In this document: piece by piece, positions 49,493 to 61,500 of the stretch | Layout: the number at the start of each line of letters is the position of its first letter | How positions within the stretch are numbered: position 1 is the stretch's first letter | Source: Mobula hypostoma | Lineage: Eukaryota | DNA: 64,000 nucleotides | Assembly (NCBI RefSeq): GCF_963921235.1 | Contig: NC_086108.1 | Location: 49,726,001 to 49,790,000 of the forward strand | Direction of reading: 5' to 3' | Position numbers and translations under genes: made by a program | Notes under the pieces: generated by a model | Databases searched by the model: none | Seen by the model: only the letters and a program-made list of their open reading frames with translations | Told to the model about the DNA's origin: nothing

Positions 49493-51075
49493 CAGGTGTC
49501 CCCCGTTTTTCGAACATTCGCTTTACGAAACCTCACTGTTACAAAAGACCTACATTGGTACCCTAGTTTCGCTTTCAGAAGGTGTTTTCACTGTTGCAAA
49601 AAAAAATTCAGCGTGCAATAAAAAATCAGCGCGTGATAAAAGGCAGCACGCCCCGAGCAGCCACTCTCCTCCGGATTCGGAACAGCATTGCTTAAACACG
49701 TTCCTGTGAGCAGCCGTTTGCAAGATGAGTTCTATGGTATCAGAAAAGCCTGAAAGAGCTCATAAGAGTGTTACACTTAGAGTAAAACTAGACATAATTA
49801 AGCGTTTTGATCGTGGTGAACGAAGTAAGGACAACGTGAGTTTGGCTTGTGGAAGCTGACAAACATGATGTTGAAGAGGTTTTGGCATCCCATCACCAAG
49901 AACTGACAGATGAAGAGCTGATGCAATTGGAAGAAAAAAGGATAACAATCGAGGCCGAATGAGTAATGATTAAGTACGACTTTAATTTTGAAAGGGTACG
50001 TTGGTTTAGGGGATATTTGCAGGATGGTTTGAGCCCTTATTAAAGAACTATGTGATAGAAAAATGCGCGAGGCTCAGCAGTCAAGCAAGCCTTCCACATC
50101 AGCTACAGCAGACGACGAACCTCGACCTTCGACATCGAGGTGGGCAGAAATAGAAGAAGATGAGCTGCCTGCTCTAATGGAAACAGGCGACGAGATGACA
50201 CCCCAGTGTCTCACCACCCCAACCCCCAGGCCACGGACAGATACCGATTCGCGGAGAATGCAAAGGTAGCCGGGAGGCACACAGCACATCTTTAAGAAAA
50301 AAGCCGAAATAAACATGCTAATTTATTAGGTGCCGCCGACACGTAATTGTTGGCCCAGATCAGAGACGACGCAATTGGAAATCGGTACTGATCTGGGCCG
50401 ACAATTACGGGCAGCATCTAATTAATTAGCATGTTTGTTACGGCTTTTTTCTTAAAGATGTGCTGTGTACCTCCTGGCTACTGCCGGACCCTTGTGTTCT
50501 TCGCGGCAATGTATCGCTCAGCGGCCTGGAGGGTGGGGGGGGCTACTGCACCACGCCAGCCTGCGACGACTCAGTCTAACACACCATCATCAGTGTGCTA
50601 GCCGTTTTCCCGATTCCTGTAAGTGATACTACACTGTACATACATTATTTCTACTTTATATAGGCTATGTATTTTTACGTGATATTTGGTATGATTTGGC
50701 AGCTTCATAGTTTAGAGGTTACTGGAGAGCGCTTGCGCCATGTTTTTGCCAACAGCGCTTGCGTGAGATTTTCTGCCGATGGCGCTTGCGTGAGATTTTC
50801 GCTACGGAGATCTGTGCCAGCAATGATTGTGGAAAAGTATTTCTACTTTATATAGGCTGTGTATTTATCATATCATTTCTGCTTTTACTATATGTTACTG
50901 TTATTTTAGGTTTTATGTGTTATTTGGCATGATTTGGTAGGTTATTTTTGGGTCTGTGAACGCTCACAAAATTTTCCCATATAAATAAATGATAATTGCT
51001 TCTTCACTTTACGACATTTCGGCTCACAAACTGTTTCATAGGAACGCTCTACCTTTGGATGGCGGGGAAAATCTG
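49493..51075 (+). mobile_element. Internally deleted Tigger/pogo DNA transposon inside CR1 ORF2
   Basis: TA duplication (49491-49492, 51076-51077); removing it restores CR1 QDRYIPKKK. Imperfect TIR CAGGTGTCCCCCG / CGGGGAAAATCTG. Remnants HKSVTLRVKLDIIKRFDRGER (CENP-B-type HTH) and DVEEVLASHHQELTDEELMQLEE. Confidence 0.88.
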
Positions 51076-53344
51076 TATTCCAAAAAAGAAGAAATTTTCG
51101 AATGGAAGAAGGATGCAACCGTGGCTGACAAGAGAAGTCAAAGCCAAAGTTAAAGCAAAGGAGAGGGCATACAAGGAAGCAAAAATTAGTGGGAAGACAG
51201 AGAATTGGGAAGTTTTTAAAAGCTTACAAAAGGAAACTAAGCAGGTCACTAAGAGGGAAAAGATTAACTATGAAAGGAAGCTAGCAAATAATATCAAAGA
51301 GGATACTAAAAGCTTTTTCAAGTATATAAAGAGTAAAAGACAGGTGAGAGTAGATAAAGGACCGATAGAAAATGATGCTGGAGAAATTGTAATGGGAGAT
51401 AAGGAGATGGCAGAGGAACTGAACGAGTCTTTTGCATCAGTCTTCACTGAGGAAGACATCAGCAGTATACCGGACACTCAAGGGTGGCAGGGAAGAGGAG
51501 TGTGCGCAGTCACAATTACGACAGAGAAAGTACTCAGGAAGCTGAATAGTCTAAAGGTAGATAAATCTCCCGGACCAGATGGAATGCACCCTCGTGTTCT
51601 GAAGGAAGTAGCTGTGGAGATTGCGGAGGCATTAGCGATGATCTTTCAAAAGTCAATAGATTCTGGCATGGTTCTGGAGGACTGGAAGATTGCAAATGTC
51701 ACTCCACTATTTAACAAGGGGGCAAGGAAGCAAAAAGGAAATTATAGACCTGTCAGCTTGACATCGGTGGTTGGAAGTTGTTGGAGTCGATTGTCAAGGA
51801 TGAGGTTACAGAGTACCTGGAGGCATATGACAAGATAGGCAGAACTCAGCATGGATTCCTTCAAGGAAAATCCTGCCTGACAAACCTATTACAATTTTTT
51901 GAGGAAATTACAAGTAGGCTAGACAAGGGAGATGCAGTGGATGTTGTACATTTGGATTTTCAGAAGACCTTTGACAAGGTGCCACACATGAGGCTGCTTA
52001 ACAAGATAAGAGCCCATGGAATTACGGGAAAGTTACATACGTGGATAGAGTGTTGGCTGATTGGCAGGAAACAGAGAGTGGGAATAAAGGGATCCTATTC
52101 TGGTTGGCTGCCAGTTACCAGTGGTGTTCCACAGGGGTCCGTGTTGGGGCCACTTCTTTTTACATTGTACATCAACGATTTGGATTATGGAATAGATGGC
52201 TTTGTGGCTAAGTTTGCTGACGATATGAAGATAGGTGGAGGGGCCGGTAGTGCTGAGGAAACGGAGAGTCTGCAGAGAGACTTGGATAGATTGGAAGAAT
52301 GGGCAAAGAAGTGGCAAATGAAATACAATGTTGGAAAGTGTATGGTTATGCACTTTGGCAGAAGAAATAAACAGGCAGACTATTATTTAAATGGGGAGAG
52401 AATTCAAAGTTCTGAGATGTAACAGGACTTGGGAGTCCTCGTACAGGATACCCTTAAGGTTAACCTCCAGGTTGAGTCGGTGGTAAAGAAGGCAAATGCA
52501 ATACTGGCATTCATTTCTAGAGGAATAGAGTATAGGAGCAGGGATGTGATGTTGAGGCTCTGTAAGGCGCTGGTGAGACCTCACTTGGAGTACTGTGGGC
52601 AGTTTTGGTCTCCTTACTGAAGAAAGGATGTGCTGACATTGGAGAGGGTACAGAGAAGATTCACTAGAATGATTCCGAGAATGAGAGGGTTAACATATGA
52701 GGAACGTTTGTCCGCTCTTGGACTGTATTCCTTGGAGTTTAGAAGAATGAGGGGAGACCTCATAGAAACATCTCAAATGTTGAGACGCATGGACAGAGTG
52801 GACGTGGCAAAGTTGTCTCCCATGATGGGGGAGCCTAGTACGAGAGGGCATGACTTAAGGATTGAAGGGCGCCCATTCAGAACAGAAATGCGAATAAATT
52901 TTTTTAGCCAGAGGGTGGTGAATCTATGGAACTTGTTGCCACGGGCGGCAGTGGAGGCCAAGTCACTGGGTGTATTTAAGGCAGAGATTGATAGGTATCT
53001 GATTACCAGGGCATCAAAGGTTATGGTGAGAAGGCAGGGTAGTGGGACTAAATGGGAGAATGGATCAGCTCATGATAAAATGGCGGAGCAGACTCGACGG
53101 GCCAAATGACCGACTTCTGCTCCTTTGTCTTATGGTCTGGCCTGAGAATCTCGATCATGTTCGGAAGCCTAAGATCTCATTGCTCTGGAGACGGGCGGAT
53201 CGAGGATCGGTGTCACAGCAGGGGACTCATGTGTCGCCAGGGAAGCTGGAAAATCTTTTGCTGTGGGCCCGAAGACCCAAGGTCTTTGCAATCTTTGGAC
53301 ACAGAGCTCGAAAAAAACGACAAAACAGACTTTTAACATCATAA

Positions 53345-54975
53345 AACAACATACATCAAAGTTGCTGGTGAACGCAGCAGGCCAAGCAGCATCTCTAGGA
53401 AGAGGCGCAGTCGACGTTTCAGGCCGAGACCCTTCGTCAGGACTAACTGAAGGAAGAGTGAGTAAGGGATTTGAAAGCTGGAGGGGGAGGGGGAGATGCA
53501 AAATGATAGGAGAAGACAGGAGGGGGAGGGATAGAGCCGAGAGCTGGACAGGTGATAGGCAAAAGGGGATACGAGAGGATCATGGGACAGGAGGCCTAGG
53601 GAGAAAGACGGGGGGGGGGTGACCCAGAGGATGGGCAAGAGGTATATTCAGAGGGACAGAGGGAGAAAAAGGAGAGTGAGAGAAAGAATGTGTGCATAAA
53701 AAGGAGTAACAGCTGGGGTACGAGGGGGAGGTGGGGCCTAGCGGAAGTTAGAGAAGTCAATGTTCATGCCATCAGGTTGGAGGCTACCCAGACGGAATAT
53801 AAGGTGTTGTTCCTCCAACCTGAGTGTGGCTTCATCTTTACAGTAGAGGAGGCCGTGGATAGACATGTCAGAATGGGAATGGGATGTGGAATTAAAATGT
53901 GTGGCCACTGGGAGATCCTGCTTTCTCTGGCGGACAGAGCGTAGATGTTCAGCAAAGCGGTCTCCCAGTCTGCGTCGGGTCTCACCAATATATAAAAGGC
54001 CACATCGGGAGCACCGGACGCAGTATATCACCCCAGTCGACTCACAGGTGAAGTGATGCCTCACCTGGAAGGACTGTTTGGGGCCCTGAATGGTGGTAAG
54101 GGAGGAAGTGTAAGGGCATGTGTAGCACTTGTTCCGCTTACACGGATAAGTGCCAGGAGGGAGATCAGTGGGGAGGGATGGGGGGGACGAATGGACAAGG
54201 GAGTTGTGTAGGGAGCGATCCCTGCGGAATGCAGAGAGAGGGGGGGAGGGAAAGATGTGCTTAGTGGTGGGATCCCGTTGGAGGTGGCGGAAGTTACGGA
54301 GAATAATATGTTGGACCCGGAGGCTGGTGGGGTGGTAGGTGTGGACCAGGGGAACCCTATTCCTAGTGGGGTGGTGGGAGGATGGAGTGAGAGCAGATGT
54401 ACGTGAAATGGAGGAGATGCGTTTAAGAGCAGAGTTGATAGTGGAGGAAGGGAAGCCCCTTTCTTTAAAAAATGAAGACATCTCCCTCGTCCTAGAATGA
54501 AAAGCCTCATCCTGAGAGCAGATGCGGCGGAGACGGAGGAATTGCGAGAAGGGGATGGCGTTTTTGCAAGAGACAGGGTGAGAAGAGGAATAGTCCAGAT
54601 AGCTGTGAGAGTCAGTAGGCTTATAGTAGATATCAGTGGATAAGCTGTCTCCAGAGACAGACAGAAAGATCTAGAAAGGGGAGGGAGGTGTCGGAAATAG
54701 ACCAGGTAAACTTGAGGGCAGGGTGAAAGTTGGAGGCAAAGTTAATAAAGTCAACGAGCTTAGCATGCGTGCAGGAAGCAGCGCCAATGCAGTCGTCGAT
54801 ATAGCGAAGGAAAAGTGGGGGACAGATACCAGAATAGGCACGGAACATAGATTGTTCCACAAACCCAACAAAAAGGCAGGCATAGCTAGGACCCATACGG
54901 GTGCCCATAGCTACACCTTTAGTTTGGAGGAAATGGGAGGAGCAAAAGGAGAAATTATTAAGAGTAAGGACTAAG
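53345..54975 (-). mobile_element. 5'-truncated Penelope-like element (RT C-half, GIY-YIG endonuclease, 3' pLTR), probably Neptune-type
   Basis: MGTRMGPSYACLFVG..FLRYIDD..LPFLDL; Cys-rich linker PCKRNKCYTC; VIYCVRCSRCGLLYIGETRRRLGDRFAEH..VATHFN..LQPDGMN. Confidence 0.93.
53409..53444 (-). ncRNA. Minimal type I hammerhead ribozyme motif in the Penelope pLTR
   Basis: Sense to the Penelope ORF: AGUC CUGACGA A GGGU-CUCG-GCCU GAAA CG UC GACU. Confidence 0.8.
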
Positions 54976-55489
54976 GTTGTTGTTATGTCTCCTGCTCGCT
55001 GTGAAAATGGCGTACAACTTCCTCTCTCTTTCCAGGGAGAGAGAGAACCTATGGTTTGTCAAATTTCAGATGAAATGCGGAGCCTTTGGGGTAACTTTGG
55101 TCTGTGTCTTTGCTATCGCTTAGCACATGCTTGGCTCGGTGATGGTGCCAATGCACTTTTGTTTTGCTGGTGGGGGGAGTGGGGATCGTTGCTTGCTGCC
55201 GCTTACACCAGGGAGGGGGGACTTTGGGGTTCTCATGTTTAACTGTTGTTCATTCTTTGGGGTTATTGTTTCTCTGACATTAAATTTGACCTTTGAACCT
55301 TTGAACATTGACCTTTTTACATGCCTTTTCTATATCCCATTGTAATTGGTACCGCTGAACTCTCTTGTCTCACTGAACTTATGTTGGGCTTTGCCAGGGC
55401 ACAGATGCAGCACCAGCCTCTGGGGAGGGACAGCTTGATTGTGCAAAGCGCGAGGTTCGTGCCGAACCAGTGATCTGCCTACCCCTACC

Positions 55490-55820
55490 TATCAACCTGC
55501 ATCCAGACCATAACCCTCCATACCCCTCCCGTCCATGTAACTATCTAAATTTCTGTAAATATTGAAATTGCACAGCATCCATCACTTCCACTAGCAGCTC
55601 GTTCCACACTCCCAGCACACTTTGCATGAAGATGTTTCCCACATATTTCCCTTAAACATTTCACCTTTTACCCTTAACCCATGACCTTTAGTTCTAGTCT
55701 CACCCAACCTCAGTGGAAGAAGCCTGCTTGCATTTATTCTATCTATATCCCTCATAATTTTGAATACCTCTATCAAATCTCCCCTCATTCTGCTACACTG
55801 CAGGGAGTAAAGTCCCTGGA
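55490..55820 (-). mobile_element. CR1 3' fragment
   Basis: [33 protein letters not shown]. Confidence 0.75.
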
Positions 55821-55899
55821 GCCTCAATACCTCCCTGTGCAAATGGATCCTGGATTTCCTCACTAGCAGACCCCAGCCCGTTCGGATTGGCAACAACAT

Positions 55900-56845
55900 C
55901 TCCTCCGTGATGTTTCTATCCCCGAAAGGACAGGTGCACCATAAGACTGTGTGCTTAGCCCCTGCTCTACTCACTTTACACTTAGGACCGTGTGGCTGAG
56001 CACAGCTCCAAAGCCATATTCCAGTTCGCTGACGACACCGCTGTCATAGGCTGAATCAAAGGTGGTAATGAATCAGCACTTAGGAGTGAGGTTGAAAATT
56101 TGGCTGAATGGTGCCATAACAACAACCTCTTACTGAATGTCAGCAAGAGCAAGGAGCTGATTATTGACTTCAGGAGGAGGAAACCAGTCCTAGTCGGAGG
56201 ATCAGAGGTGGAGGGGGCCAGCATCTTTAAATTCCTCAGTGTTAGTATTTCAGAGGATCTGTCCAGTCCCAGCACATAAGTACACTTACGAAGGAACTAC
56301 AGTAGTGCATCTACTTCCTTTGAAGTTTGTTAAGATTCAGCTTGACAAACTTCTATAGATGTGTAGTGGAGAGTATATTGATTGGTTGCATCACGGCCTG
56401 GTTTAAAAACAGCAATTCCATTGAAAATCCTATAAAATGTAGTTGATACATCCCAGTCCATCACAGGTAAAGCACTCCCTTCCACTGAGCACATCTACAT
56501 GAAATATTGTTGCAGGAAAGCAGCATCCATCATCAGGGACCGCCACACCGGCCGGATGACATGCTCTCTTCTCACTCCTGCCATCAAGAAGTACAGGAGC
56601 CTCAGTACTCTCACCACCAGGTTCAGGAACTGCTATTACCCCTCAACCATCAGGCTTTTGAACCAAGGGGGATAATTTCTCTCAACTTCATTTGCTTCTT
56701 CATTGAAATGTTTCCACTACCTATGAACCCACTTTCAAGGACTCTTCATCTCATGGTTTTGATATTTATTGTTCATTTATTTATTAATATTATTTCTTTT
56801 TTTTGTATTTGCACATTTTCTTGTCTTTTGCACATAGGTTGAATG
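55900..56845 (+). mobile_element. Degenerate Rex1/Babar RT and 3' end
   Basis: CTTAGCCCCTGCTCTACTCACTTTACAC, TTCGCTGACGACACC (FADDT), GAGCTGATTATTGACTTCAGGAGG and 3' UTR shared with 30680-30950. Confidence 0.8.
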
Positions 56846-56874
56846 CACAAGCAGCTACTCAGTACGTTTGCCCA

Positions 56875-57290
56875 TTGTTTATCTAAGTGCATATACGTTA
56901 CCATATACTACCCTGAGATTCATTTTCTTGCAGGAATTCACATTAGATACAAAGCAATACAACAGTTTCAATGAAAAACTGCACACAAAGGTGGACAATC
57001 AACCAACATGCAAAAGACAAACTCTGCAAATACAAAAAAAAAACAAAAGAATAATACTAAATAAATGAGCAATAAATATTGAGAACATGAGTTGTAGAGT
57101 TCTTGAAAGTGAGACAATAGGTTGTGGAATCAGTTCAAAGTTAGGGTGAGTGCAACTATCCTCTCTGTTCAGGAGCCTGATGGTTGGGGAGTGCTAACTG
57201 TTCCTGAATCTGGTGGTGTGGTGTGGAACGTAAGGTCCTGATAGCAGCAGTAAGAAGAGAGGATGGTGGGGGTCCTTGTGGATGCTTGTT
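56875..57290 (-). mobile_element. Rex1-type 3' end fragment
   Basis: Reverse complement of the CACCACCAGATTCAGGAACAGTT..CAACCATCAGGCTCCTGAAC 3' region. Confidence 0.65.
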
Positions 57291-58572
57291 CGGCTGAGGT
57301 GGCACTAGGTTTAAAGAAGGAGCTCCTGGCCTTTTGGGACTTTTCGGCGGACTGCAATCAAGCACTCGACAAAGGTCAATAAAAAGAACTGAGATGTAAC
57401 GGAGTGGCTATTGTAGGCGTGGCAATTGTTGGAGTGGACAGTGTTAGAGTTGTCAGGCTTTGGCTCAAAGACTTGGGTGAAAATAGGCTGAGGTGAACAG
57501 GCAGAGGCTCTAAGTAAGTTTCTAGTAACTATTTTTTTCTCTTTCTTTTCCTTTTGGTACATAGCTAGCGCATTGAAAATGGATCCAGGGTTAGTGGTAT
57601 GTTCTTCACGTGAGATGTGGGAACTCTGGGAGACTTCCAGCGTCCCTGATAACTACATTTGCATGAAGTGCATCAAGCTGCAGGTTCTCTGAGAAGTTGG
57701 ATGACCTTCGGCTCATACGGGAGAATGATGAAGTGATAGATAGGAACTACATGGAGGTAGTCACCCCTAAGTTGCAGGAAGCAGGTACCTGGGTGACTAT
57801 AAGGAGAAGGAAAGGGAATAGGCAGCCGGTACAGAGCACACTTGTAGCTGTTCCCCTCAATAATAATTATACTTCTTTGGATGCTGTTGGGGGTTGACCT
57901 ACTGGGGAAGCCGCAGTGACTGGGTTGCTGGCACTGTGTCTGGCTCTATGGCTCAGAGGGGAAGTGGGAAGAAGAGGAGTGCCATAGTGATAGGGGATTT
58001 CATAGTTTGAGGAGCAGACAGGAGATTCTGTGGACGTAAAAGAGACACCTGGATGGTTAGTTGCCTCCCAGGTGACAGGGTCAGGGATGACTCTGAACAG
58101 ATTCACACATTCTAAAGAGGGAGGGTGAGCAACTTGAAGACCTGGTACATATTGGCACTAATGACATAGGAAAATGGAGGAGGGTGCTGAGGAGAGAATA
58201 TGGGGAGTTAGGTAGAAACATGAAAGGCAGGACCTCCAGGATAGCAGTCTCTGGATTGCTCCCTGTGCCACACACACCAGTGAGGGTAAGAATAGGATGG
58301 TTTGACAAATGAATGCGTGGTGCAGGGGGCAGGGTTTCAGATTTCTGGAGTATTAGGAAAGGAGAGGAATGACCCGCACAAAAAGAGCGGGTTACACCTG
58401 AATTTGAAGGAGACCAATATTCCTGTGGGCAAGGTTGCTACAGCTGTGGGGGTGGGGGGGGGGGTTAAACTAATTTGGTAGGGCGATGGGAACCGGAGTG
58501 ACAAGGCTGAGGATGGGGCAGTAGTTGTACAAGTAGATGCAGTGTGTAGTGAGACTGTGAGGAAGGACAGGT
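57290..58572 (+). mobile_element. 5' part of a degenerate CR1 (UTR and ORF1 esterase), 3'-truncated
   Basis: Homologous to 47050-48580: LDDLRLIRENDEVIDRNY..VAVPLNN; GGGGATTTCATAGT; CATATTGGCACTAATGAC. Confidence 0.8.
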
Positions 58573-58599
58573 TTTTATCTGGCAACCCAACTGAATCAG

Positions 58600-61500
58600 G
58601 AGTGAGAGAGGAGGCAACTCACAGGTCCGTGAGTGAGATTTATACAAAGGAGCATTTGTGGGCTTTTGCTGTTTTTCCAGCAGCCCAATTGAATTGGGAG
58701 CAAGAGAGGAGCAACTCTCGGATCAGTAATATTTTAAAAAGGAGTATTCGCAGGCTTACGCCACCTTCCAGTGGCCCAACAGAATTGGGAGAGAGGAGAC
58801 AACTCACAGGTCCATGAGTGAGATTTAAAAAATGAGCGTTCAAGGGCTTTCACCGTTTCCTGGCAGCCCAGTCGAACAGTGATTCATTAGCAAGGGCAAA
58901 TAGAAATAAGGTAGGGGACAAGTGGAGTGCCCATTGTTGGAGTGGACCAGTGTTAGAGTGGAGAGGCTTGGCGAGGTATGTGTCTGGTAACTTTCTTCTT
59001 CATTCCTTGTCTGTTAGTACATAGTTAGAGCACTGAGGATGGATCCTCGGTGTTATGTTCATTGTTTGAGATGTGAGAATTCTGGGAGACCTGGAGCCTG
59101 CCGGATAATCACATCTGCACCAGGTGCACCAAGCCGCATCTCCTCAGAGAATGTGTCAGAGAACTGGAGCTGTGGCTCATACGGGAAACTGAGGAGGTGA
59201 TAGATTGGAGCTACAGGAGCTAGGTTGCAGGAGGCAGGTACCTGGGTCACTGTCAGGAGAGGGAAGGGAAATGCAGAGCACCCCTGTGGCAGTTCCCTTC
59301 AATAATAGTTATTAAGCATATCACTTGAGATTCGATTGGTGGGGGGCGGGGGGGGGAATCTATCGGGGGAGCCACAGCGACCAGGTCTCTGGCACTGTCT
59401 GGCTTTGTGGCTTAAAAGGGAAGGGGAGGAGAGGACTTCAGTAGTGATGGGGGATTCCATAGGTAGTGGAGCTAACATGAGATTCTATGAATACGATAGA
59501 CACCTGGATGATATATTGCCTCCCAGATGCCAGGGTCAGGGACATCTTATATCAGGTCCACAGAATTCTAAAAGGGGACAGTGAGCAGCCAGAAGTTTTG
59601 TTACATATTGGCACAAATCATAAAAGTAGGAAAAGGGAGGTGATCTTGACGAGAGAGTTTCGGAAACAAGGTAGAAAGATGAAAAGCAGGACCTCCAGTA
59701 TAGTAACCTTTAGATTGTTTCCTGTGTCATGTGCCAGTGATGGTAAAAATAGGATGATTTGACACATCAATGCATGGCTGAGGAATCGGTGCAGGGGATA
59801 GTGTTTCAGATTTCTGGATCATTATGATCTCCTCAGGGGAAGGTATGACCTGTTCAAAAGGGGCAGGTGAAACTAAGGGAGTCCAATATCCTTGCAGGCA
59901 GGTTTACTAGAACTCTTGGGGAGGGTTTAAACTAATTTGGCTGGGGAATGGGAAACTGAGTGGAAGGACTGAGGACGCGGCAATTGGTACCCAAGTAGAG
60001 GCAGTGTGCAGTGAGATTGTCAGGAAGGACAGGTTGATGATAGGGCAAAATTGCAGTCAGTGGGATGAGTTACAGTGTAACAAGGGGACAAAACTGAAAA
60101 GGGTGACAAACAAAGAACTTCAGATGTTATATCTGAATATATGCAGTATATGGAATAAGGTAGATGATCACGTAGCACAGTTAGAGATTGGCAGGCATGA
60201 CATTGTGGGCATCAATGTCGGAGGTAGGAGAAGATGGCAGCGCGACGCAGCACGCACGGCTGTTCCGAATGAATATCGATATGTGTTAACTAGGGGGCCG
60301 TGCACAATCCAGATTTCATGGAGACAGCCGTGAGAAGCACTTAGGAACACCTGGAGTAACTTCTGAAATGCCCGCTTCGCTGCCGCTGCTACTGTGTGAT
60401 CGACAATCTCCGGAGGGGAAGGCCCCAAATCCTTGGCTTTGCCTATTGCCTGTTGCTGGGGCCGGGGTCAAAGCGCTCGGCAGAGATAGTGCTCGGTGGT
60501 CAGTGTTGGAGAGCTGGTCGGAGGCTCGGAGTTTTCGGATGGACTTGGGAGTTGGACTGTAGTTGGGTGCTTCCAGGATGCTGCATTAGCAAGTTGGCGG
60601 CACTGGAGGTTTACCGTCTGCTTGAGATGATGGGACTTTCGAGAGACTTTGAGACTTTTACCGCACCATGGTCTGCTCTACGGTATTGCTTTGCACTGTT
60701 GTAACTATATGTTATAATTATGTGGTTTTTGTTAGTTTTTAAGTCGGTTTGTCGTGTCTTTCTGTGATATCATTCTGGAAAAACATTATATCATTTCTTA
60801 ATGCATGCATTACTAAATGACAATAAAAGAGGACTGCGTGTCCTCATAATCTAATCTAATCTAGTCTAATCTAATCACTGAGTTGTGGCTGAAAGAAGAT
60901 CATGGTTGGAGTTTAACAAGCAAGGATACATATTATATTGAAAGGACAGAGGGATAAGCAGAGGAATTGGGGTAGCTCTGTTGGTAAAAAATCAAATCAA
61001 ATCCATAGAAAGAGTTTACATAGAATCAGAAAATTTAGAATCCTTATGGGTGGATTTAAGGAATTGCAAGGGCAAAAAAGACCCTGATGAGTGTTATATA
61101 TAAGCCTCTGAACAGTAGACAGGATGTGGTCTACAAACTACAACAGGAAATAGAAAATGCATGTCAAAAGGACAGTGCTACAATAGTCCTGGAGGATTTC
61201 ATGGCAGATTGGTAAAATCAGGTTGTTGCTGATTATGGATTCTGAGAGAGAGAGATTTTGTAGAATGCCTACAAGATGGCTTTTTTGAGCAGCTTGTGGT
61301 TGAGCCCACTAGGAATCAGTTATTCTAGTTCGGGAGATGTGTAATAAACTGGATTTAATTAGGGAGCTTAAGGTAAAGGAACCGTAAGAAGACAGAGATC
61401 ATAATATGGTAGAATTCACCCAGCAAATTGAGAAGGAGAAACTAAAGTCAAATATATCAGTAGTACAGAGGAGTAAAAGAAATTACAGAGGCATGAGCGA

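Larger units (their letters stand above)
41353..53135 (+). mobile_element. Near full-length CR1 LINE (5' monomers, ORF1, ORF2 APE+RT, 3' tail) carrying three nested insertions
   Basis: ORF1 Zn-finger and esterase; ORF2 VLYLNACSIRSK, IVAITETWL, IVGDFN, GSDHNMI, KSPGPDGMHPRVLKE, NYRPVSLTS, GVPQGSVLGPLLF and KFADDMK; tail TCTGCTCCTTTGTCTTATGGTCT. Confidence 0.92.
41136..55303 (+). mobile_element. Non-coding non-autonomous retroelement split into three pieces (41136-41352, 53134-53343, 54975-55303)
   Basis: These pieces are what remains between the host-CR1 breakpoints once the CR1 and Penelope inserts are removed. The last piece is homologous to 22745-23120 and ends in CCTTTGAA repeats. Confidence 0.55.
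35600..55347 (-). mobile_element. Old CR1 LINE surviving as pieces (35600-38070, 40962-41135, 55304-55347); host of the nested stack
   Basis: Minus peptides LKSLKVDSSPGPDGLHPRVLKE and MRLLNKISARGI. The endonuclease sequence rejoins across 41135/55304 (GAAAAGGCATGTAAAAAGGTCAATGTT + ACAATAGTCATGGGGGATTTCAAT), homologous to 49040-49095. Confidence 0.75.
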
